From contig NC_043010.1 in the NCBI RefSeq assembly GCF_006345805.1, forward strand, positions 16,058,001 through 16,122,000: 64,000 bases of DNA. Direction: 5' to 3'. The translations under genes were made by a program, and so were the position numbers. Under the pieces are notes generated by a model. The model searched no databases. It saw nothing but the letters and a program-made list of their open reading frames with translations, and was not told the origin of the DNA. Origin of the DNA: Octopus sinensis (taxonomy: Eukaryota). The stretch's first letter is position 1. The number at the start of each line of letters is the position of its first letter. Positions 37,627 through 49,849 of this stretch are shown here, in pieces.

Positions 37627-38274
37627 CGAGAACAACTCTGGATGCTTCAGAAAGCATGCTTTTGAATGGCCTTGTGACGTGAACAACAGCTCCTCAATCC
37701 AGCTTACAACGAGATATCATCCGGAAATTGCAAAAACGATCCATAACAAGCGGGGAACATGGTGTCTTCGAAGACTCTCCTCTACCAGTTTATTTGGTAG
37801 AGGAGAACCCTTAGGTGTTCACAAGTACAACACAAAACGAAAAGGAGTCTAATAGCCTAACATCAAACAAAGAGCATGTACTTAAGGAAGGATAATTTCA
37901 GAAGAAACTTTATTCAAGAACTATGCGAAACATTGCAAATGCTCAAGCTCAGCCGTGGCGACCAAAGGGAGAGGCATCCTTAACATGGTGGTCAAGACTC
38001 ATTCTATGACAAACTTTGAAAGAAAGGAAGTGATCGCGTTTTTAACATTGTCTGGGGTAAAATCTGGTCTTAAGTATTCTGATGGTTTTTGTCCGGATCT
38101 GAATAGATCCTTTTGGGATCATTGCAAACATAGACAGGGAAATGTATGCTTTCTTTTCAAATTGATCAACACTCAGCATTACTCTGAGGAAGAATAGAAA
38201 ACAAGACAGAATGCAGATTTATGTCGTATCTCCTCAATCTAGCGCTGATGGTTTTTCCACTGCACTACACAACT

Positions 38275-38676
38275 GGGATCTTTTCAGTTTGAATGGCAGT
38301 TTTTTCTAGTGGTGTCATATGAAATTGTCACCCATAATTATGACCCTAGTATTGATTTCAATCTGTTTTAGGGTTAGGATTAGGGGTGGGGGAAGGGTAT
38401 CTGTTTTTCTTCACAAATGTAAATAAACCCAATCTGTTTCTTAAACGAGGGACATATTCATACGGCACAGAATGTTGTTTACCTCAATAGACGTCACTGA
38501 TTGGTTGAAATTGAAGAAAAAACAACAACAAATATCTTACAAACTATAGAATTTTCTCAATAAAAGCAAGAGAAAAAGATGTTTTAAAAACACAATCTAC
38601 CAGTATACGAAGTTTAAAATTTTTTAGTTATGTGGAAATTATTTTTAAAAACTGCCGTTCAAACTGAAAAGATCCC
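38275..38676 (-). mobile_element. GGG..CCC MITE (orientation B) 125 bp upstream of DMAC2 ATG; 6-bp TSD ACAACT
   Basis: TSD at 38269-38274 and 38677-38682; TIRs intact. Confidence 0.9.
38490..38506 (+). promoter_or_regulatory. Candidate CRE-like (GACGTCA) + inverted CCAAT/Y-box (CTGATTGGTT) carried by the MITE
   Basis: Motif match only, about 300 bp upstream of the DMAC2 ATG. Confidence 0.3.
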
Positions 38677-38801
38677 ACAACTGTCCAAATAAACTGAAAT
38701 GTAAAATTTTATATTGTGTGTTAACATACATATGGTACATGTTGCTTGTGGAAATAATTGCTACGGTGGATGTTTTTCGTTCTTCACCGCTTCCAACAAC
38801 A

Positions 38802-38819
38802 ATGGCTGTCCTCTTAGAG
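38802..38819 (+). CDS. DMAC2: DMAC2-like, exon 1 (MAVLLE)
   Basis: aacaATGGCT...GAG|gtgagt; phase 0 fits exon 2. Confidence 0.65.
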
Positions 38820-39530
38820 GTGAGTTTTTTTGGAAGAAGATAAAACAAATAGAACTGAACAAATTTTGCGAAAATTACGTAGACGACGCGCAAATTTAAC
38901 AGGAGTTGCGTTTTAGTTGACTCTCCTTCTACAAATTTTTGCTCTCTCTTTGCTTGTCGTCTATTTTCCCTTGTAATGTCATATTTTCTCTCATTCGTTT
39001 TAAGGTCATGGCAATTTCTTCGCTCCACATGTGTTTGTTACTTTAAGCTTCCCTTTTATATTAGACATCCTAAGTACAGGATGGTGTAGCAATCAGGAGT
39101 TTGATAAGATATGAATAAATAGTGATGTCGGAAGCATCACACTTTGTGTTGTGTTGAAATAACAGGTCATTTCCTTGGTATTTTGATAAGTTTTCAATCG
39201 GGATTTATAACATTTATAGTTGTCTTTCCGCATACGTTAGATCGAAACAGTGTTAAAAATATGGTTAATGTTTACAATATTACCCAGAAACGAAAGAAAT
39301 ATATATATATATAATGTAACGGGTGTAAAAAAAAAAATGTGTGTGAAACGAATATGAAAACAAAAATGTGCGCAAATCAACGGGGGGGGGGGCTTTCGGA
39401 AAATTCACAAGATCCGAGTTTTTCCTTCATAAACTTTAGGAAAATGGGTTTTTAAAACGAAATTGGATCTTTTCCGTTTAAACGGTAGTTTTTTAAAAAT
39501 ATTTTCCACGTAACTAAACACTTTTAGGCA

Positions 39531-39948
39531 ATCTTTCGTCTCTAGTAGACCTTTCCGTCGATTTCCGTAAAAAAATTTTTTTTTTTTACATATGAGCTTG
39601 CGGAAACTTTTGAAGTAATGAGAGCGAAAGAGACTAAGAGAAAGCGATTTTATGACGAGGGAAGTTCTTTTGAAGTTACCGTACATGTGAAGCATTGATG
39701 TATATGTGTGTGTGTGTGTGTTTGATGGGGTGTGGGAGACAGACAGTATGTTGTGTAAGTGAAATGCTTCTGTTAGTGTGTGTGAAGAGACAGAGTAATG
39801 TGTGAAAGAGAGAGATAACTGAAATTTTTTACTCGGTGTATGTGTATATGTATGTATATTACTTCAAAAGTTCCCGCAAGCCCATATGTAAAAAAAAAAT
39901 AATTTTTTTTACGGAAATCGACGGAAAGGTCTACTAGAGACGAAAGAT
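39531..39948. repeat. Inverted repeat (about 89-bp arms, 238-bp spacer), MITE-like, in DMAC2 intron 1
   Basis: 39531-39619 pairs with 39858-39948. Confidence 0.8.
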
Positions 39949-40128
39949 CGCCCACTTTTAAACTTCGGATGGTGCTTTTTACGTGCCACCGGCACAGAGG
40001 CCAGTCGGGGCGGCGCTGGCAACGGCCACGTTCAGATGGTTCTCTTACGTGCCACTGGTATCACAGCTACAATTTCCATTGATGTTGATCGATTTCGATA
40101 TTGATTTTGATTTTTCAATTTATTGCAG

Positions 40129-40289
40129 AGACATGTTGTTCCTAGTTTGTGGCAAGTCCTTCGAGTACCATCACGGTCGTCTAGTTATCTGAAAAAAATG
40201 CAGAAGTTTTTTCAGACAGAATATACAATAGATGAGTTGACGGGGAAACTGAAGAGCCAAATGTTAGATATTGAACAGCAGGATCAAAT
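40129..40289 (+). CDS. DMAC2: DMAC2-like, exon 2 (161 nt, phase 0-2; rest of presequence-like N-terminus)
   Basis: tattgcag|RHVVPSLWQVLRVPSRSSSYLKKMQKFFQTEY...QQDQ AT|gtaagt; open frame, joins exon 3 as ATG. Confidence 0.78.
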
Positions 40290-40478
40290 GTAAGTTGTCA
40301 TCATCATCATCATCACTGCCCTCCCCACCCTACCCCACCAACAATCACCGCAAGAAATAGCAGCCAGTTGTCACTCAACTTGGACCTTACTATATCTAAA
40401 ATGAAGGACACACTGGCTGTTTTCCTTGGTACACAAAAACATAATGTTTGAATAAAAGACTGGAGCATCACAACTAGA

Positions 40479-40845
40479 ACTAGCACTATGACCTGGCAAC
40501 GCCGGGGTTATAGTGCTAGTGCATGCATATACAGCTACGTGCGTGCACACATACACGCGAGTACTGTCCAAATCTCCGACCAATCACATACAGCTAGCTG
40601 GTATTCAATTGGCGTATCAAGTTTCGGGCATTTTGATTGGGTTTTGGATAGAAAATTCACAAAAAAGTCATTTCTATTGATTTTTTAATGGCTTTGCGAG
40701 GTGACTGGGGAAATGTAAAGATGTGCACGACCACCCTTAGACGGTTTTGAATGACCATAGAAAGTGCAAGCCCTCTAACTGAAAAATTGTGGATTTTTAT
40801 AAAGGACACACACGCAGACATTTTGCCATTTATATATATACAGAT
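40479..40845 (+). mobile_element. Helitron-like family 2, copy 2
   Basis: Aligns to 20024-20376. Confidence 0.6.
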
Positions 40846-41262
40846 AAGGCTATTCTCTGAATAAACAACACCAAATACCCACTGGTATTCACTTCAATAA
40901 CAAATACTACTACTACCACTACTACTAAATAGATCAGATATTGGAGTAGGTATTCCTTCCTTTTCGGTTATCTGATTTGAAATCCTACCAGGAAGGGATT
41001 TAGATCAGAATTTTCTATTCTTTAAGTATCAATAAAGAAAGAAACCTGTCTTAGAGATGAGTTCTTCACCTTCTCTTTATGGTTGTTATTGAAATGTTCT
41101 ACCTTTTCATATTCTTTTATAAAAACTCTCATAGTAGACATGTCTGCAGAGTACTCAGCCATGTACCTGTTAACCTTATTTGGCATAAATTATTAAGGAC
41201 AAATAAAAAGCAAAATAATTTTTACTGAAAGACAATCAAAATCCAAAGCTGAAAAATGAACC

Positions 41263-41545
41263 ATCATCATCATTGTCGTTTAATGTCCGCTTTCCATGCT
41301 GGCATGGGTTGGACGGTTTGACTGAGGACTGGCAAGCCAGAAGACTGTACTAAGCTCCAATCTGATCTGGCAAGGTTCCTACAGCTGGATGCCCTTCCTA
41401 ATACCAACCACTCCGAGAGTGTAGTAGTAGGGGCTTTTTATGTGCCACTGGCATGACGGCTAGTCAGGCGGTACTAGCATCGACCACGCTTGAATGGTGC
41501 TTTTTACATGCCACTGGCAGAGGAGCCAGTCAGGCGGCACTGTTG
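41263..41545 (-). mobile_element. Family C repeat (RTE 3'-end-derived, (GAT)n tail)
   Basis: CATCATCAT..GTTTAATGTCCGCTTTCCATGCTGGCATGGGTTGGACGG...CTGGATGCCCTTCCTAA. Confidence 0.75.
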
Positions 41546-41700
41546 CAAATATTTATATAAGTGAGAATATTCGGGCATTTGAGGCTTTGTTCATTTAAAG
41601 CAACAATAAGCCACAGAAGATAAATAAAAACATGTCAACAAATACTTGAAATGTAATTTATTATCTGATCAAGATTATCTAAAAACACAGGAATGATAAA

Positions 41701-42065
41701 ATCTCTATATATATAAACAGCAAAATGTCTGCGTACGTGTCCTTTATACAAATCCACAATTTTTCAGTTAGAGGGCTCACACTTTCTATAGTCATTGAAA
41801 ACCGTCCAAGGGTGGTCGTGCACATCTTTACATTTCCCCAGCACCACGCATAGCCATTAAAAAATCAATAGAAATGACTTTTTTGTGAATTTTCTATCCA
41901 AAACCCAATCAAAATGCCTGAAACTTGATACGCCAATTGAATGCCAGCTAGCTGTATGTGATTGGTTGGAGATTTGGACAGTACTCGCGTGTATGTGCGC
42001 ACGCACGCAGCTGTATATGCATGCACTAGCACTATGATACCGCGTTGCCTGGTCATAGTGCTAGT
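41701..42065 (-). mobile_element. Helitron-like family 2, copy 3 (inverted relative to copy 2)
   Basis: Reverse complement of 40479-40845. Confidence 0.6.
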
Positions 42066-42519
42066 AGTAAATAAAAATTGTTCATCTCTTGTAACTTTAG
42101 TAAAACTGTATAGTTTAAGTTTCCCATCAAGACATCCACCCATGTTGTTTCCAGAAAGACAGTCTTCTGCTTGTCTTGAAGTATAGAAAGTAGATTTTTA
42201 CCATAAAGCTTTCTTTCCAATTTGGAATCCTGTTCAAACAAGCAAAATGGCTTGGGGTTTGTTGTTTTAACTACTCAGAATGCAATATAAGGTTAAGAAC
42301 TTTATATTTAAGAATTCAGTCACACGTTGAGTGAGATTCTATTGGAGCATCTCCTCATAAATCAGACTCGGCTTTATTTGTGTCATTTTATTTGGTAACA
42401 GATTTCCTGTGAGTTTCATTTGAGATAGATTGACATCATATCCAGGAGAAATTTATCCTCCAGCTATTTAATGCCCATGAAACTTCAACTGTGCTCTATT
42501 CTTTAAGAGTTCCTTTAAA

Positions 42520-42592
42520 CTACTGGAGACATTTTATATTATTATTATTATTATTATTATTTTCATCATTATTATTATTATTATTATTATTT

Positions 42593-42628
<36 letters not shown>

Positions 42629-42930
42629 TATTATTATTATTATTATATTATTTCATCATTATTATTATTATTATTATTATTTTCATTATTATTATTATTA
42701 TTATTTTATTATTATTATTATTATTATTAAGAAGGCAGTGAGCTGGCAAAATCATTAGCACAATGGACAAAGTGCTTAGCAGCATTTCATCTGTGTGTAC
42801 ATTCTGAGTTCAAATTCTGTTGACTTTGCCTTTCATCCTTTCTTTGTCCATAAAATAAGTACCATTTGAACGCTGGGGTTGGTGTAATCAACTCATTCCC
42901 TCCCCAGAAATTACTTGCCTTGTACCAAAA
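42520..42930 (+). mobile_element. (TTA)n array followed by family A SINE
   Basis: About 200 bp of (TTA)n, then AAGGCAGTGAGCTGGCA...GAGTTCAAATTC..GACTTTGCCTTTCATCC. Confidence 0.7.
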
Positions 42931-42991
42931 TCCTCAAGAAACATGCAAATCCCAGCATTTCATTGCATTTCCTTTCACTATCTTTTTGCAG

Positions 42992-43209
42992 GTATCGTCC
43001 AGAAAGACACAGGATTTTGGGTCCAGACTTGGCTTCGGCACATTTTCTTTTGGCCCGTGGAGCCTCTGTTAAGTTTTTGGATGATGATATGTGGCACAGA
43101 GCAATCCAGAATAAGGTATTGTTGCCGAGACATAAAATTGCTGGCATGTATGTCGAGGGGATTGATGCTTCCAACACACGCTTAATGTATGAAGCTTTTG
43201 ATAGCTTGG
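42992..43209 (+). CDS. DMAC2: DMAC2-like, exon 3 (218 nt, phase 2-1)
   Basis: tttttgcag|G YRPERHRILGPDLASAHFLLARGASVKF...VEGIDASNTRLMYEAFDSL G|gtaagt; resembles vertebrate GPYGAGAFFILKQGGAVKF..VEAVDA..INYEGLDNL. Confidence 0.9.
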
Positions 43210-44039
43210 GTAAGTTCTTTCTTCCACGATTACGGTCAAGTAAATTAACTGAAGTTATAATTTTATATACACAACATTTTATATGGATATATATATATAT
43301 ATAATTTCTTATTACCCTATTGTTATTTATTATGTTTAAATATTCTTTGATAAATTTTTACCAGCATCCTCTCTGTCGCCGGTATAATCTGCGTCTGTGC
43401 AGTGGTTTGAAAATTTAGGATATACAGGCAGTTAGTTTTGCATGTGGATCTGGCTGTCTGTATGTTTGAAATCTAAAGGCTGTCCCACTGATGAAACTGG
43501 CCTTCAGCAAATATTTTTTTGCTGGAAATAGTTAGAAACCATGGTCTGGGAAATAGTTGAGATGGTAAACGTTTTTAATTTTCATTCCTTTCGAGAATTT
43601 ATCCTTATTTGGTGGTTTGAGTTTTCTACTGCTCTTTCTAGCACAAGGCTTTCCTATTTGGAAGCTTCTTATTGTATTTATATATATATATATGTACTGC
43701 TGAAATGCCATCGGTGTATATTAAAAAAAACAAAAAACCTGTATTATTTGTTTATGTTTTATGTCCTGTTATGTCCTGTTGTCCTCATAACTTGTCCTTT
43801 TTACTGTTTCCTCTTTTCTTTGTGCTTCTCTCATTCTGTCCTTCATGTCACTCATTTATATTCCAGCAGCATGTTTCTGTTGGCATCACCAAAATGAACA
43901 ATATTATCAATAAGGCATCAAAATCGTGATGATCTTTGGTCAATAACTAAGGAGGGAAGAGCATGTCCACATCCTTTTGTGTGGTTTTCCTGTTTTCCAT
44001 ATGTTCTTTCATTGTCTTTCTGTACAAGTTTTTACTATT

Positions 44040-45095
44040 GTATAAAAGGTGGAGGTAGAAACCCCATACAGTGTACCCATTGCAAGCTGCAGACACATAA
44101 GAGTGCAGTGGAATCACAGCTAGGTTAACAGAGAAAGTAGTCTTTGTGTGATGCTAAGGGTGTACAGGAAATGTGTGGGTGGATCCTTAGAGGTAGTAGA
44201 TACATTTTGTTACCTGGGTAGCCAAATTAGCAGTGGAGAAGGAACCTCTGAAAGTGGAGTTGCTAGAATAAGAACCAGCTGGGTAAAGTTCAGAGAGCTT
44301 CTACCTTTGTTGGTGACTAAGGGCCTACCTCAGAGTGAAAGGCAGACTATATGATGCTTGTGTACATATAGCTTTGCTACATGGCAGTGAAATATGGGAT
44401 CTGACTATGGAGAACTTGTGAAGGCTTGAAAGAAATAAAGCTAGCATGCTCTCTGTTAAATGGGTAATGTCAGTGTGCATGCATGGCAGAGTGTAAATGA
44501 TTTAAGAGAAAAATTGGGTCTAAGAGGCATCAGATGTAGTGTGGAAGAGAGAAGACTGCACTGATATGGTCATGTGGTGCATTTAGATAAAGGTAGCTGC
44601 ATAAAGAAGTGCCGATCTCTAATTGTGGAGGGAACATGCGGAAGGGGTAAAAGAAGGAAGACATGGGATGAGGTGGTGAGAAATGATCTCCAGATATTGG
44701 GCCTTACTGAGGATATGATGAGGGACCGAGGGACCGAGGCTTTTGGTAATTTGTTGTGCTTGAGAAAACACATCAAGCTAAGTAAAACTGTGGCCATCCA
44801 TACATACAGGCCGGTCCTTTTCAACCCATGCTGGTGCCCCACATAAAAAGCTCTTGTGCTGGCATGATGTAAAAAGCACTCATGCCAGTGCCAGTGGTAC
44901 ATAGCAGCACCCGTGCTGGTGCCACGTAAAAAGCACCCAATACATTCTGTAAAGGGGTTGGCTTTAGGAAGGACATCCAGCCATAGAAACCATGGCAAAA
45001 ACAGACAATTGGATCCTGGGCAGCTCTCCAGCCTTGCCAGCTCCTGCTAAATCATCCAACTCTTGGAAAACATGCTAAATGATGATGATGATGTG
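44040..45095 (+). mobile_element. RTE-clade LINE 3' fragment with family C end and (GAT)n tail
   Basis: LEVVDTFCYLG..ARIRTSWVKFRELLPLLVTKGL; GRGKRRKTWDEVVRNDL. Confidence 0.8.
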
Positions 45096-46237
45096 CATTG
45101 GGGTCAGTATAATCAACTGGCCCCTTTCCCTAAAATTTTAAACCTTGTGCCTAAAGAATTATTAATCTCATAATGAAATATAAAATTCCTCAAGCTATTA
45201 ATAAATATATCCCTTATGCCTGTTGACAAGTTTCCTATTCCTGTGGCTCGAAGGCAAGGGATGTGAAAATAATGAAGATTTAAAAACCCAATTTTTCAAA
45301 TGAAAATTTACTTTCTTCTTGTAAGCAATGATGAAGACAGTAGAATGCTTCTTCATTCATGGGAATTTCAATCATGCACAAAGTTTTAAGGCCACATGTT
45401 GTTGAAAGTGTCACTAATCTGACCATTCTCATTGGGGCCTATCCAGTGTAGAATGTGGCCTCTGCCCCACATCCTCTCACTTGAATGGTCCCTGACCTAT
45501 CAACTAACGATGGAATTCTGACAGAAGAATTCCCTAGATATAACTGTTGTAATGCAATTTACATGTCTGCTTTTGCCATACTTCAACACCATAAAACCTT
45601 GAAATTACTACAAACATAAATGTGTTATCCTATTTTCATGATTCCTTTAAAAAAAAAAAGAGATTCTCACCAAATTACGAGATTATAAAATGTTTTAAGG
45701 TAAATCTTTTATTCTTTAACCTTTACTTAACTGCAGTGCTGTGGGTGTTCAAATCATTATATATCCCACAATGCTTCAAACAAACTACAGTACTCTTTTA
45801 TTTTTATATCTGAGCTTAGTCAACTTCACCATTATAGAGAACTTATTCCAACTTCTGGTGAGATGGGCAAGGGCTGCCTGTCAGATCAGCGCTCTCTAGA
45901 CACTCTTTGAAATATAATGCCATCCCCAGTATACTCAGAAACGTTCACCAACCTAATTTCTAAATCTCTCTGACTTTCAGACACAACTTCTGCATTAAGA
46001 AATTCATTAAAAATCTAATGCACTCATGCGTAATTAAGAAACTCCAGGTCAGAAACATGTCCAGAAACTTCCAGTGTGGAAACCATTCTTTGAATTAATT
46101 CCTGACACCTTTCTTTTGAGAAATATCCCCTATTATGGACAGATGCTAACACAGTCATATCAACCATACGAAGCAATACTTACCTGCAAGTTTCTTCGAC
46201 TGTCCAATACACATTACATATTAATTCTTCACAGTAC

Positions 46238-46644
46238 AGGAGTGGCTGTGTGGTAAGTAGCTTGCCTACCAACCATATGGTTCTGGGTTCAGTCCCACTG
46301 CATGGCATCTTGGGCAAGTGTCTTCTGCTATGGCCTCGGGCCGACCAATGCCTTGTGAGTGGATTTGGTAGACGGAAACTGAAAGAAGCCTGTCGTATAT
46401 ATGTATATATATGTATGCATGTGTATGTATATGTTTGTGTGTCTGTGTTTGTCCCTCTAGCATTGCTTGACAACCGATGCTGGTGTGTTTACGTCCCCGT
46501 CACTTAGCGGTTCGGCATGGGAGACCGATAGAATAAGTACTGGGCTTACAAAGAATAAGTCCCGAGGTCGATTTGCTCGACTAAAGGTGGTGCTCCAGCA
46601 TGGCCGCAGTCAAATGACTGAAACAATTAAAAGAGTAAAAGAGA
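46238..46644 (+). mobile_element. Family B SINE, full length (tRNA-like head, CORE-like GGCACCTTGGGCAAG block, internal microsatellite)
   Basis: A-box-like GGCTGTGTGG, B-box-like GGTTCAGTCCC; multiple copies in the window. Confidence 0.82.
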
Positions 46645-46949
46645 GTACAGTTCTGATAACTGTACCAATTCCACTGCTGGTAATATCAATACCCCGCCCT
46701 TCACCAACATTCATGCCATTGTTACAGATGTGACCGAATCTCCACAAGACAAGCTGCCCAGCTATAGTCCCAAATATCTCCCTGGAAACTCTGTTACCGA
46801 TCTTTGAGATATGAATTAAAGCAGAAGCAAATGTACGAGGAAATGTTTCAATGCTGCTAATCAAGTTCCATGTTCAGTTGGCCATTTCCCATTTTCATGA
46901 CTTGTTGATGCAACATTCATAAGATTGATGTGGTCAATGTGAAAAATTT

Positions 46950-47361
46950 GGGACCTTTACGGTTTGAACGGCAGTTTTTTCTAGCGGTGTCATATGAAAT
47001 TGTCACCCATAATTATGACCCTAGAATCGATCTATTGCATTTCAATCTGTTTTAGGGTTAGGGGTGGGGGAAGGGTATCTTTTTTTCTTCACAAATGTAA
47101 ATAAACCCAATCTGTTTCTTAAACGAGGGACATATTCATACGGCACAGAATGTTGTTTACCTCAATGGACGTCAGTGATTGGTTGAAATTGCAGAAATTG
47201 AAGAAAAACAACAACAAATATCTTACAAACTATAGAATTTTCTCAATAAAGCCAAGAGAAAAAGATGTTTTATAAACACATTCTACAAGTATACGAAGTT
47301 TAAAATTTTTTAGTTACCTAGAAATTATGTTAAAAACTGCCGTTCAAACCGAAAAGATCTG
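46950..47361 (-). mobile_element. GGG..CCC MITE (orientation B), 6-bp TSD AAATTT
   Basis: TSD at 46944-46949 and 47362-47367. Confidence 0.88.
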
Positions 47362-47601
47362 AAATTTGAATTTTTGCAGTCTACTGCAAGAAGAAACTAC
47401 ATTGGTCTGATTAAAAGATACGCAAAATCTTGAAAGAAAACTTTGTTTGGGTTTTGCAAGTCATATGAAGTAAGACAAAGAAATAAGTGGATTTTGTTCA
47501 AAATATTTTGTTGACTGAGCAATTACAGAGGAATAAAAGTTATTTTAATAACCTTAGAAAAGGTAACAAAAGTTTAAATAATTCTGTTATTTACATTGCA
47601 G

Positions 47602-47764
47602 TGTATCTATCTAAACTTCGCTATTTAAGTTTCAAGAACTGTGAATTCATTGATGATTGGTGCCTGGATCGATTCCACATATTCAGTGATACTTTGGAAT
47701 TCCTTGATCTCAGTGGCTGCCCTAATATTTCAGAAAGAGGCATTGCCTCACTCCATAAACTATC
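47602..47764 (+). CDS. DMAC2: DMAC2-like, exon 4 (163 nt, phase 1-2; leucine-rich repeats)
   Basis: cattgcag|TG YLSKLRYLSFKNCEFIDDWCLDRFHIFSDTLEFLDLSGCPNISERGIASLHKL TC|gtaagt; DDWCL and GCP.ISERG match DMAC2/ATP5SL. Confidence 0.92.
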
Positions 47765-47844
47765 GTAAGTATTCACTTTTGTTTGTTTTCCTTTTCTCTT
47801 TGCATATTGACATGATAATAGATTAGTAGCCAAAGGTTGATGTT

Positions 47845-48219
47845 GTGTAGTGGCTTTCATCCATTTCAGTACCACCTGTGAGTACCCTTAGCAATGTTTG
47901 TTTGGTTCCAACCAGATCTCCAACATAGGAACAACATATCTTGATGGCCCTAGAAAGGATCATGAGGGTTGCCTGTCTTCTGGCTAATCAATATGTTTTA
48001 TCCCTAATCCTATTCTATGTCCCTCATTTAAGAACCCAACAATTAATTATTATATTTCATCTTACCATTCTGAGCTGTGTGCCAGATCTATGGATGGCTT
48101 TCAATAGTTCAATATATTTAATGTATTATAGAATATTGATCTTTGTCCTTTTACATTAAAATCTTGCCTATGTAAACTCTGCCTTTCATCTTTGCAGGAT
48201 CATTAAAATAAATCCCAGT
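47845..48219 (+). repeat. 375-bp direct repeat, copy 1 (copy 2 at 50124-50497); probably RLE-LINE derived
   Basis: Near-identical sequences 2.28 kb apart in DMAC2 intron 4. Confidence 0.85.
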
Positions 48220-48297
48220 AAAACACTGTGGGGTTCATCTCCATCACTGTCTCCTCTCCTTGTTCCCTATGGGTAATGTCTTGTCTTTAATTATTGA

Positions 48298-48600
48298 CAT
48301 CATCATCATCTTCGTTTAACATCTGTATTCCAGGCTAGCACGGGTTGGACGGTTCAACCGGGATCTGGGAAGCCAGAAGGCTGCACCAGGCCCCAGTCTG
48401 ATCTGGCAGTGTTTCTACAGCTGGATGCCCTTCCTAGCACCAACTACTCCGTGAGTGTAGTGGGTGCTTTTTTACGTGCCAGGCAAGGCTGGCAACGGCC
48501 ACAATTGGATTGGTGCTTTTTACATGCCACCGGCACGGAAGCTAGTCAAGGCGGCACTGGCATCGGCCACGTTCGGATGGTGCTTTTTACATGCCACCTT
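48298..48600 (-). mobile_element. Family C repeat
   Basis: Same consensus as 41263-41545. Confidence 0.75.
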
Positions 48601-48724
48601 ACATAATTTACCTGACTTCTCACCTGAGTTGCTTTAAGGTCCTCTAAAAATATTTGCATCATTGTTGTTATTTTCAGTGATGCTTTTGCTCTGGCAGATG
48701 TTATTATACCTACACTATACCAAA

Positions 48725-49600
48725 AGAGTGAGCCATATCCAATGGCTAAAGGTCCTTTGAATCATCCCTTCTCCTTAAACTTTCTAACACCTTCCTTAGA
48801 ATCCTTGTTGTTCCTAACAAGGCTGTTTTCTGCAACAGTCCCATCCTCGGAGTAATTCCTTGCTTCACAACCCATCCATCCAACCTTTTACTAAGGGATC
48901 CCTGTGTGCCAACCACAATCGGAACCACTTCTACATGCCTGATTCTCCATAGTTTCATGATTTCTCACTTCAGCTCTTCATATTTTTCCACTTTCTCACA
49001 TTCTTTCTCATTCATCCTTTCGTCCCACACTGATGCAATATCCACAATAACAGCTTTGGGATCTTTTTGGTTTGAACAGCAGTTTTTAACATAATTTCTA
49101 GGTAACTAAAAAATTTTAAACTTCGTATACTGGTAGAATGTGTTTATAAAACATCTTTTTCTCTTGGCTTTATTGAGAAAATTCTATAGTTTGTAAGATA
49201 TTTGTTGTTCTTTTTCTGCAATTTCTGCAATTTCAACCAATCAAATATGTCTATTGAGGTAAAAAAAAACCCAATCTGTGCCGTATGAATATGTCCCTCG
49301 TTTAAGAAACATATTGGGTTTATTTACATTTGTGAAGAAAAAAAGACACCCTTCCCCCCACCCCTAACCCTAACTAAACCTAACCCTAAAACAGATTGAA
49401 ATGCAATAGATCGATATTAGGGTCATAATTATGGGTGACAATTTCATATGACACCGCTAGAAAAAACTGCCGTTCAAACCGAAAAGATCCCAGCTTTGTT
49501 CTTCTTTTCTATGAAAATGATTCTAGCCTCAATGAAATTGTATAAAACATGGTCATGTCCCACAATTTCTTATCGTATTTGCTTTCAGCAACCCTTTCTG
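48725..49600 (-). mobile_element. R4/Dong-like RLE LINE 3' fragment interrupted by a MITE
   Basis: KLWDMT.. then, after the MITE, KAVIVDIASVWD..EKVEKYEELK..LWRIRHVEVVPIVVG..LQKTALLGTTRILRKVL. Confidence 0.72.
49058..49491 (+). mobile_element. GGG..CCC MITE (orientation A), 6-bp TSD AGCTTT
   Basis: TSD at 49052-49057 and 49492-49497. Confidence 0.9.
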
Positions 49601-49849
49601 CACTGGGGTCAATCTAATCAACTGGCCCCACCTCCTCCCCAAAAAGACATTCTATTCCAATCTCCTTCAACCATTTCTCTCTATCTTTACTCACAGTTCC
49701 CAATGCATCAATTATTACTGGCAAAATCTTTACAGTTTTCATATTCCAAATTCTTGCAATTTCAAACTTTAAGTGATTGTATTTTTTTTTTTTTGTTTTT
49801 TGTTTTTCATCCTCTTTCGTTATAATCCTGGAATCAAATGGACATGATA

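Noticed and set aside
37630-38270. Coding-looking, more GC-balanced stretch upstream of DMAC2
   Set aside because: Multiple stops in all frames and no identifiable motif; probably an old TE relic (BLASTx would decide).
42491-42730. Poly-Leu/Tyr ORF
   Set aside because: (TTA)n microsatellite next to a SINE.
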